From Candidatus Calditenuaceae archaeon JGI OTU-1 (lineage in GTDB: Archaea; Thermoproteota; Nitrososphaeria_A; Caldarchaeales; Calditenuaceae), in assembly GCA_000494145.1 (NCBI GenBank), contig AWOE01000087.1, positions 1 to 7,495 of the forward strand: 7,495 nucleotides of DNA, read 5' to 3'. Position 1 is the first letter of the stretch; each line of letters starts with the position of its first letter. The notes under the pieces were generated by a model. It saw nothing but the letters and a program-made list of their open reading frames with translations, did not search any database and was not told the DNA's origin. Made by a program: the position numbers and the translations under genes. This document shows, one piece after another, positions 1-5,853 of the stretch.

Positions 1-72
1 GGGGGGTGGATTTGAACCACCGATCTCCGGGTTATGAGCCCGGCGGGATAGACCTGGCTACCCTACCCCGCT
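1..72 (-). tRNA. tRNA-Met (anticodon CAT), archaeal initiator-type. The last ~4 nt of the 3' acceptor strand and the discriminator lie beyond the left window edge.
   Basis: The reverse complement of 1-72 folds as a cloverleaf: AGCGGGG / TA / GGGT-AGCCAGGTCTA-TCCC / G / CCGGG-CTCATAA-CCCGG / AGATC / GGTGG-TTCAAAT-CCACC / CCCC(cut). The anticodon is CAT. A at position 1 and three consecutive G:C pairs closing the anticodon stem are the archaeal/eukaryal initiator signature. Confidence 0.9.
43..55. repeat. Direct repeat copy 1, GCGGGATAGACCT, inside the tRNA (D-loop to start of the anticodon stem, tRNA nt 18-30)
   Basis: Exact 13-nt identity with 988-1000, in the same orientation. Confidence 0.8.
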
Positions 73-94
73 TTAGGTGGGTAACCATGCCCGC

Positions 95-103
95 TTTATA
101 TAT
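95..103 (-). promoter_or_regulatory. Putative TATA box of the tRNA-Met gene
   Basis: The minus strand reads ATATATAAA, centred about 27 nt upstream of tRNA position +1 (nt 72). This is typical archaeal TATA-to-start spacing. Confidence 0.45.
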
Positions 104-135
104 CGAGGACCCTCTTCGGTAATACGCACCTTCGA

Positions 136-161
136 TACCCACCCTATCGATTGGGTGGATA
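136..161. repeat. Imperfect inverted repeat TACCCACCC-(8 nt, TATCGATT)-GGGTGGATA. Candidate protein-binding site.
   Basis: 136-144 is the reverse complement of GGGTGGGTA, and 153-161 is GGGTGGATA. This gives 8 of 9 positions palindromic around an ATCGAT-containing spacer. Confidence 0.5.
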
Positions 162-288
162 GGCAACACGTTCACATGGTGCCCTGTCGGCCCCCATTGT
201 GTGCTCGGAGGTGCTGCGGGCATGGCTCCCTCATCTGAGGAAGGGACGGACGCCAATATAAACCTCGGCATTTGGGAGGCGTTTTTGG

Positions 289-996
289 TTGGACAGGCTC
301 GATGAGGGCACGAGGGAGATCTATACGAGGGCTCTCCCAGTAATTTTGTGCCGTGAACCGGTTCCCCACCCTCGCCGACGCGACCCGACTCGGCGACGAG
401 CGCACTTTACCGAGTTCATCAGAGCTTTGCGTGACCGCGGGGCCTCGGTCAATACCCTAATGGCTTTACGGAACCGCGGTCCGAAGATTCTACGAGGCAC
501 CCGGTCGGCCCATCAATCCTCTTCGTATTAAACTGATCATGCCGAAGCGCCGAACGACCCGAAAGTCGCACGCTATCCCTGCCGACGTCGCATTTGAAAG
601 TGTGCGGGCGGCGCCGCCGAAAAACTACTCTTTCGTCTCTTGTGGGTGATAGGTCTTCGCATCGGCGAGGCCTTGGCTTTGCGAAAGCGAGACGTGGACC
701 TGTCCCGATACCCTGCTCTGCTTTACGTGGTGACGGAAAAAACCAACAAGCGCCAGGTCGTGTTCCTGCCCGAGGACTCGCTCTATCCGACGCCCCGCGC
801 TCTCTCATTTCGGAAAGAGGAGCCTGCTGGTGACGGCACCCTCTTTCCCGCGACGGGCCTTCCGTTAGAGTCCGCGCCGATGAGAGCTCTGTTGATGCCG
901 GCGCTCGCGTGTCTTGAGGAGGGCCCTCGAAGCGCCGCTCAGACTGGCCTCTCGCACCAAAAAGCCCACGTTATAAGCCTATCGTGTGCGGGATAG
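289..996 (+). pseudogene. Tyrosine recombinase (phage/plasmid-type integrase) remnant, multiply frameshifted and lacking a normal catalytic C-terminus
   Basis: Frame 1 (289-531) gives HFTEFIRALRDRGASVNTL, an N-terminal SAM-like core-binding motif. The sense then continues in frame 2 (about 461-640): VRRFYEAPGRPINPLRIKLIMPKRRTTRKSHAIPADVAFESVRAAPP. It returns to frame 1 near the A5 run at 620-624: EKLLFRLLWVIGLRIGEALALRKRDVDL (box I with the catalytic Arg), TEKTNKRQVVFLPED, and GLSHQKAH (a degenerate HxxRH box). Frame 1 has in-frame stops TAA 529-531 and TGA 595-597. The ORF stops at TAG 994-996 with no LGH...Y region after it. Confidence 0.75.
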
Positions 997-1000
997 ACCT
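988..1000. repeat. Direct repeat copy 2, GCGGGATAGACCT, at the truncated 3' end of the integrase remnant and at the GC-content step
   Basis: Exact 13-nt identity with 43-55. GC falls from 63% (841-900) to 33% (1021-1080) immediately after nt 1000. Confidence 0.8.
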
Positions 1001-1085
1001 AAACAGCCCAGACAACCTAACTAAGGATATGCCAAAACACATGCATAACATAACAAAACCAGATCATAGACATGTAAAAGAAAAA

Positions 1086-1093
1086 TTTAAATA
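1086..1093 (+). promoter_or_regulatory. Putative TATA box (TTTAAATA) with an upstream purine-rich BRE-like run, serving the 928-aa gene
   Basis: AGAAAAATTTAAATAAAAG is a consensus-like archaeal BRE/TATA. The predicted start lies near 1115-1120, which implies a leader of about 140 nt. Confidence 0.5.
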
Positions 1094-1117
1094 AAAGTTG
1101 ACAGGGTCTGAGCAAGA

Positions 1118-1157
1118 GAGGGGAGTCTGTTATGAGAGGATACGCTAGACTCCCCTC
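1118..1157 (+). promoter_or_regulatory. Leader stem-loop 1: 11-bp perfect stem with an 18-nt loop
   Basis: GAGGGGAGTCT (1118-1128) pairs perfectly with AGACTCCCCTC (1147-1157). A mutually exclusive 7-bp alternative exists between TTATGAG (1130-1136) and CTCATAA (1155-1161). Confidence 0.6.
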
Positions 1158-1193
1158 ATAATAGGAAATCTAGTGAAACAGAATGGAAACGAA

Positions 1194-1250
1194 TAATGTT
1201 ATAAGCTATCTTCCTGGTAACTTATTTCAGGAAGATAGCTTATAACATTA
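1194..1250 (+). promoter_or_regulatory. Leader stem-loop 2: perfect 23-bp inverted repeat with an 11-nt loop, ending 5 nt before the GTG start
   Basis: 1194-1216 (TAATGTTATAAGCTATCTTCCTG) is the exact reverse complement of 1228-1250. I checked all 23 pairs. The loop is GTAACTTATTT. Confidence 0.7.
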
Positions 1251-1255
1251 ATGGA

Positions 1256-4042
1256 GTGAGACAAAGCAATCATATACGGAACTCGAAATTTAGGGCGAAG
1301 CTGCTGATTTGGTATCATCTCCTGATAATCATGCTCATCCTGTCGCTATCGTCACAGGTATCAATTGGCTCAGGTAGGTGGCAAGCGACTAGTTTGGCAG
1401 GCGGGCGGGGTTGGCAGGATTTTATCGTGATAGGCGATGCCTTTAGTGGTATGCCGTTCTATCCGCATATTCTGGACCAGCTTAAGGAAGAGTATAGACT
1501 TGAGGGGCTGCACAATACCGTTCAGGCATGGATCGACTACAGAGAGTGGATGAGGTATCCGGCTGAGTGGGATGTTAATATTGCCCGCCTTATCAGGGAG
1601 GCTCATAATGTAGGTCTACCAGTGGGGGTGACATATGGCTATCATGTTGGTGATATGGTTGACGCGCGGTATGATGAGAGCATAGGATTCCTCTACTATT
1701 ACCGTCAACTCATCCCCGATAAGCACAAGTGGCGTCACCCCAACGGAACAGTGGCTTTAGACCCGTACAGTGTTGGATCCTCCCGCTCGTTCACCGGAGC
1801 ATATGTGGTACGAATCTTTAGCGACCCCATGGACATCGAAAGATTAGGGAGGGTAGACCTTCACTTGACGATGCAGCCGCAGAACCCATATTGGAAGGAG
1901 TTCTTCATAGATTGGGGGAAGAAGGCTATCGACCGTGGCTCGGACTCGATCTTCATCGACAACCCGGATGGTATATTCACTTTCTTTTGGGGAGGGGGAT
2001 GGGGTTGTACCGATACTTGGGAAGGTAAAGGGCTGGCCGAATATCTGAGAATCAAGCTAGACGATTCCGTCTTGAGGGCTATGGGTGTGGAATCCCTTGA
2101 GAACTTTTGCCTTAAGGACTATCTGATTAAGAAGTACGGACCTCCAAGAATTTTCTCTAACTACGTCAACTTCCGGGAGAGGTTCAAGACTTCGTGGCCC
2201 ATTGAACATGTTGTCTTCGACGACGTCGAAAACATCCTTAGGGACCCAATTTTCAAAGAAGCACTACTTTACTGGTACAGGTCAGCCTTAGATTTTGTCA
2301 GGGATGTAGCAGCCCAGTACAAGTTGTATGCGTCTCAAAGAGGAAGGGATATCGTCCTAACCAGTAATATCTATTTCGCTTGGGCACCTCATATCACACT
2401 CGCGCCTTTCATGGACGCTATATATGTGGAGACAAATCAATTCCGACCTCCTCCCTATGTGACCCGCCCCGCTGTTTGCAAGCTGGGGCAGGCTTCGGTG
2501 AATGGTTCGAAGCCCGTATGGATCGGTGAGTGGATCCTGCACTTTGCAAACCCTTTCGAGCCATATCTCCCTCCAAGGGATATTTCTAACTTGGTGAGGT
2601 TGAGGGTGGCTGAAGCTTACGCCTCTGGCTGCATAATGCTAGTTCCTTTCGGGACAGGACACCCTAGTGAGGGCTGGCCCCCGAGGAGGCTTGTGTTGGG
2701 AAGTGAAAGGCCTCATGCGGCCGCTTACTACCGTTTTATCTTTGAAAATCGAGACCTGTTTAAGGGTGTTAGAACTATGCCCGATGTTGCGTTGCTGGTG
2801 TCTGTTCCGACGATGATATGGAGCTTCATACCAGCACTCGGTATTGGCTCAGTTCATAGCGATTACCAAATTGAGATATTCGGGTGGGCCAGAGCCCTAG
2901 AGTCTATGGGAGTCTCCTACGACATCCTGCTACTCGGGATGGACGAAATACTTCCAACCGACTCCCATACAAGGCTCAAATCCTACTCTCTAATCATAGC
3001 GCCCGAACTGACGCATATATCTGACATCCATCTTCAGGCCGTACTCGATTTCTTGAAAACGGGAGGTAAGCTGATAATAGGTCCCAGCTTTGGCGCGTAC
3101 GACGAGATGCATAATCCAAGGTCTTCAGCCAATCTTTCTATGGTATTTTCACATCCAAACGTTCTGCTGACAGAGCGATGGCTGGGCAGAGACTATCAGC
3201 GTACGTTGCTGAACAACCTGACAGTTTCACAATCCCTTCTGTCCTTGATGACGAGGGCTGTAGACACGTTTCTCGCATCCAAAATGGTTAGCACGAACGC
3301 CTCCCAGAATGTCTACATCAACGTTCTAGCTCAGAAATGGCCCGCTGAGAGGCTAATCGTCCATCTTGTTAACTACGATTACCGGTATGACTCTGAAAAG
3401 GACTGGACTCATCCAGCCAACAATATTGGGATAACACTTAAAATCCCTCTAGGTTTTAACCCAGCTAATGTTACCCTGATTTCACCAGACATCCCAAGCG
3501 CCCTTACTCTTCCCTTCCGTTTGGGTGAAGGTTTTCTGAGCTTTACAGTCCCAAGCCTGAAGATATGGGATATCATAATTATAGAAGACAAAACGGCCGC
3601 CTTACAACGTGCTTTAGAAAATCTTCAGAACCAGTATAAGGAGCTTCTCCAAGCCTATGAAAGACTTAATACTTCACATGTAGAGCTGAGCCAAAGCTAT
3701 GAGCAACTCATTCAAACCCAGCAGAACCTGCTAGCTGAACTCCAAGCAAAGACTGAAGCCTACGCGAAACTATCTGAGGAAAATCAGGCAATAAAAGCAG
3801 AGCTCGAAAACCTTCGAGGGAGGTTGGATGAAAACCGGGTCCTCATGTCGGAGCTTGAAAGCTTGAGGGGGAAGCTGGCCGAACTGACGCAACTATATGA
3901 GGACGCAAAACGTGAGATAAAGCAAGCGTCCGAGTTATTATTGATATACCAGTTCACAGCCTACACCATGGCCGCTATAACAGTCTCAAGCATAGCGGCT
4001 TTAGTTTATTCTAGAATGAGATGTGGGAGACGCCACCACTAG
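1256..4042 (+). CDS. Secreted, membrane-anchored glycoside-hydrolase-like protein (928 aa). Architecture: signal/TM helix, TIM-barrel-like GH domain, GH42-type trimerisation-like (GATase1-like) domain, beta-sandwich, ~115-aa coiled-coil stalk, C-terminal TM anchor and basic tail.
   Basis: The ORF is an uninterrupted 928 codons. The only in-frame start after the upstream stop (TAA 1202-1204) is GTG 1256. The N-terminus has a basic stretch followed by KLLIWYHLLIIMLILSLSS. NPYWKEFFIDWGKKAIDRGSDSIFIDNPDG resembles the GfDGvflD strand motif of GH114/GHL-type TIM barrels. YSLIIAPELTHISDIHLQAVLDFLKTGGKLIIGPSFGAYDE resembles the GH42 middle domain. A heptad-rich, Pro-free segment spans about aa 780-893 (nt 3590-3934). 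The TM helix LLIYQFTAYTMAAITVSSIAALVYS (nt 3935-4012) is followed by RMRCGRRHH. There are many N-x-S/T sequons. Confidence 0.8.
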   Translation: MRQSNHIRNSKFRAKLLIWYHLLIIMLILSLSSQVSIGSGRWQATSLAGGRGWQDFIVIGDAFSGMPFYPHILDQLKEEYRLEGLHNTVQAWIDYREWMRYPAEWDVNIARLIREAHNVGLPVGVTYGYHVGDMVDARYDESIGFLYYYRQLIPDKHKWRHPNGTVALDPYSVGSSRSFTGAYVVRIFSDPMDIERLGRVDLHLTMQPQNPYWKEFFIDWGKKAIDRGSDSIFIDNPDGIFTFFWGGGWGCTDTWEGKGLAEYLRIKLDDSVLRAMGVESLENFCLKDYLIKKYGPPRIFSNYVNFRERFKTSWPIEHVVFDDVENILRDPIFKEALLYWYRSALDFVRDVAAQYKLYASQRGRDIVLTSNIYFAWAPHITLAPFMDAIYVETNQFRPPPYVTRPAVCKLGQASVNGSKPVWIGEWILHFANPFEPYLPPRDISNLVRLRVAEAYASGCIMLVPFGTGHPSEGWPPRRLVLGSERPHAAAYYRFIFENRDLFKGVRTMPDVALLVSVPTMIWSFIPALGIGSVHSDYQIEIFGWARALESMGVSYDILLLGMDEILPTDSHTRLKSYSLIIAPELTHISDIHLQAVLDFLKTGGKLIIGPSFGAYDEMHNPRSSANLSMVFSHPNVLLTERWLGRDYQRTLLNNLTVSQSLLSLMTRAVDTFLASKMVSTNASQNVYINVLAQKWPAERLIVHLVNYDYRYDSEKDWTHPANNIGITLKIPLGFNPANVTLISPDIPSALTLPFRLGEGFLSFTVPSLKIWDIIIIEDKTAALQRALENLQNQYKELLQAYERLNTSHVELSQSYEQLIQTQQNLLAELQAKTEAYAKLSEENQAIKAELENLRGRLDENRVLMSELESLRGKLAELTQLYEDAKREIKQASELLLIYQFTAYTMAAITVSSIAALVYSRMRCGRRHH

Positions 4043-4210
4043 ATCTTCAAATACGATAATACCTAAACCTGGTAACCGTCGTAGGTCTTGCGAGGCCCCG
4101 CCAAAACCAGCAGCCGACCCGACAACCAGCAAGACCGCCGGAAGCAACTCCTTGAAACATATACCCTAACTGATGATATGGGTTATATAACCACATATCG
4201 GAAACACCGG

Positions 4211-4217
4211 TTTTTTT
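4211..4217 (+). terminator. Oligo-T (T7) tract, a possible archaeal terminator for the plus-strand gene
   Basis: TTTTTTT is the first long T run after the 4042 stop and directly abuts the stop codon of the convergent gene. It lies 170 nt downstream, so the assignment is weak. Confidence 0.3.
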
Positions 4218-5465
4218 CTATAATTCTGCAAATCCCCTCTTTTCGAGCTTAATATAGCATAAAGGGTCAGAGAAAAGATATGAAAAACTTATCAACAGTT
4301 CTCTATCGGCAGGTACTTCAAAAAGTATCCAGCCTTCCACGCTTCCTCCAGGAATCATCTGAACAGATTTTAATTCAGGCATATCGTCCGGATAAACAAT
4401 AAAATACTCTGGATTGTATCCTGCCCCGCCAGCAATGGCTTTGAAGTTAAGCATACCAATAGGGGCTGTTCCATCACCTTCTATATAGCTGACCCTTACT
4501 TTCACCAAGATGTATTCATGGCCGGGGTCCGGTGACGGGTTGAATATGTTTGCTAATTTAATTTTATTGTGTGCCTCCTCACCTCTGATGAAATCCAACA
4601 CTGTTATCTCAAAGCTAGCACGATAGGCTCTAACTTTAACGGATTCGCCAACTTTTGCGGGATTATTTATGCTGCCTTTATCGGGTGTTTGGGTTGTTAC
4701 AGCGGTGGGAGCGGTGGGACTTGGTTGCTGTGCTGCAAGCCCAATGATAACCAGTAAAAGAATGACAAATAGACCAGCTATCGCTAGCTTTGTCTTACGA
4801 CCTATTGGAGACCTTTGAGAATATGCAGGTTGGTCTGATGGAAACTGAGAGACTCTAAGTCGGAATTCTGAGAAACAAAAATTACATACGATGTGGCCAG
4901 GGGCTAATATGCTTGCTAGTTTTAGAGGGGCAAGGCATACGGGGCACCTCGGGCCCGGCATTTCCTCGTATAATCTAACTCCGCATACTTTACATATCTT
5001 AGTCTTTAGCGGATTATAACTTCCACAGTTATGGCAAATCATTTGTGAAGTCACTACAATCGGTTGTAAAGTTACTCTTCTACCGCGCTTTAAATCACGT
5101 GGCTCAATATGTGTTCTTCTTGTGAGCTCATATACAATACCGATGAACAAAAGTATGAACGGGAGTAGATTTAGAAAATAAAAAATAAATCCGAAAAGTA
5201 ATGTGATCATTATGAGTAGTGCTCCTATAATCATCATCGATACACCGAATTTTCTCCAGCGCGTAGTTAAAACTCCGCCTATTATGCTGAAAATGGAGCC
5301 GAATATTCCGCTCCATGCTAGACCGACGTAGGGAGACGGATCTGGAGGATCTTCCCCTGAAAGAATTTGAAAAACGCCGAATGCTATGAAAAATACATAA
5401 CCGGTGATAGAAAAGATGAACGCCAATACCCCGGCGATGAGTCCGAGTTTTGCGCTGACCCTCAC
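4218..5465 (-). CDS. Membrane protein (415 aa): 4 N-terminal TM helices, a cytoplasmic double zinc ribbon, one TM helix, a Thr/Pro linker and a DUF4352-like extracellular beta-sandwich domain
   Basis: The ORF has 415 codons with a GTG start at 5465. Hydrophobic helices cover aa 6-115. The Cys pairs are CHNC...CKVC (aa 144-161) and CPVC...CNFC (aa 174-197). The fifth TM helix is LAIAGLFVILLLVIIGLAA, followed by the linker QQPSPTAPTAVTTQTP. The C-terminal segment GESVKVRA..FEITVLDF..GHEYILVKVRV..GGSVEGWILFEVP matches the pattern I associate with DUF4352 (PF11611). Confidence 0.8.
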   Translation of the reverse strand: MRVSAKLGLIAGVLAFIFSITGYVFFIAFGVFQILSGEDPPDPSPYVGLAWSGIFGSIFSIIGGVLTTRWRKFGVSMMIIGALLIMITLLFGFIFYFLNLLPFILLFIGIVYELTRRTHIEPRDLKRGRRVTLQPIVVTSQMICHNCGSYNPLKTKICKVCGVRLYEEMPGPRCPVCLAPLKLASILAPGHIVCNFCFSEFRLRVSQFPSDQPAYSQRSPIGRKTKLAIAGLFVILLLVIIGLAAQQPSPTAPTAVTTQTPDKGSINNPAKVGESVKVRAYRASFEITVLDFIRGEEAHNKIKLANIFNPSPDPGHEYILVKVRVSYIEGDGTAPIGMLNFKAIAGGAGYNPEYFIVYPDDMPELKSVQMIPGGSVEGWILFEVPADRELLISFSYLFSDPLCYIKLEKRGFAEL

Positions 5466-5487
5466 GTCTTAATATTCCTTTAACATC

Positions 5488-5495
5488 TATATATA
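5488..5495 (-). promoter_or_regulatory. Putative TATA box (TATATATA) for the 415-aa gene
   Basis: It is centred about 26 nt upstream of GTG 5465, which fits a leaderless or very short-leader mRNA. Confidence 0.45.
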
Positions 5496-5853
5496 CATTC
5501 TCACAAAATTATTCGGCGTTTTGATGTGTTATGAAATAAGCAGCACGGTCTTTTCATCTTAACCCAAGTGATATCGAGTTAGGGGACTTTTCCCTCAGGT
5601 CCCCCATTCCCGCAACCCGGTGAGCTCCCAGCTGCAACGCGTACACTCGGTATCACGTACATTTATAGGGTCATATGCATCCGTACTCAGGCGAGTGTCC
5701 TTTCGGTGAGGCCTCGTTCGCAGTTGTGGGCATTCGCGATGTGGGTATTACGTATTTACACATGAGGCTGCAATTAACCCGGTGCGGGATAAAAGGCGAT
5801 CGGGGCTTAGTGTGATTTCCTGCCGGGCGACGAAGAAGAAAACCTTTTAATGT

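Larger units (their letters stand above)
43..1000. mobile_element. Candidate relic of a tRNA-integrated element. It holds only a decayed integrase gene plus about 170 bp of palindrome-rich non-coding DNA, bounded by the 13-nt direct repeat.
   Basis: tRNA, integrase remnant and tRNA-identical direct repeats occur together, and the segment is GC-rich compared with the DNA to its right. See the first finding for the topology argument and caveats. Confidence 0.4.

Noticed and set aside
182-198. CCCTGTCGGCCCCCATT (182-198) versus CCCTCAGGTCCCCCATT (5592-5608), 13 of 17 identical
   Set aside because: It is not colinear with the other shared blocks, because the order is inverted relative to 61-114 / 5854-5890. 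It is also C-run dominated. I treat it as compositional coincidence.
32-833. ORF-track entries 32-271(-), 172-405(-), 449-808(-) and 594-833(+) as independent genes
   Set aside because: They lie in ~60% GC DNA, where stop codons are rare. Their products are Arg/Pro/Gly-rich low complexity. They overlap the tRNA or run antisense or out of frame to clear integrase motifs. I treat them as shadow ORFs.
640-996. ORF 640-996 as an intact small gene
   Set aside because: Its listed Met is an internal GTG codon (the V in LWVIGLRIGE) of the integrase box I region. The same frame carries integrase sequence upstream of 640, and the ORF lacks the catalytic C-terminus. It is a fragment of the pseudogene.
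1164-1197. Repeated GAAAC words (GTGAAAC, GGAAAC) as a CRISPR repeat remnant
   Set aside because: Only two short words are present, with no repeat-spacer periodicity anywhere in the window.
1194-1250. The 23-bp inverted repeat as terminal inverted repeats of a MITE or IS
   Set aside because: The arms are separated by only 11 nt, there are no flanking target-site duplications, and no other copy exists in the window. It is a hairpin or operator, not a transposon.
4087-4096. Exact 10-mer CTTGCGAGGC shared by 4087-4096 and 6457-6466, both in 3' intergenic GC patches
   Set aside because: About 27 exact 10-mer pairs are expected by chance in a 7.5-kb window, and the flanks show no further similarity.
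4170-4176. CTGATGA as a C box of a C/D box sRNA
   Set aside because: No CTGA D box, and no C'/D' pair, lies at the expected ~12 nt or ~50-60 nt spacing on that strand.
5582-5596. The minus-strand sequence GAGGGAAAAGTCCCC resembles RNase P RNA CR-I (GAGGAAAGUCC)
   Set aside because: The match is inexact, with extra G and A. The downstream ~300 nt needed for the rest of RNase P RNA would run into the promoter and coding region of the 415-aa gene. I saw no CR-IV/CR-V-like sequences.
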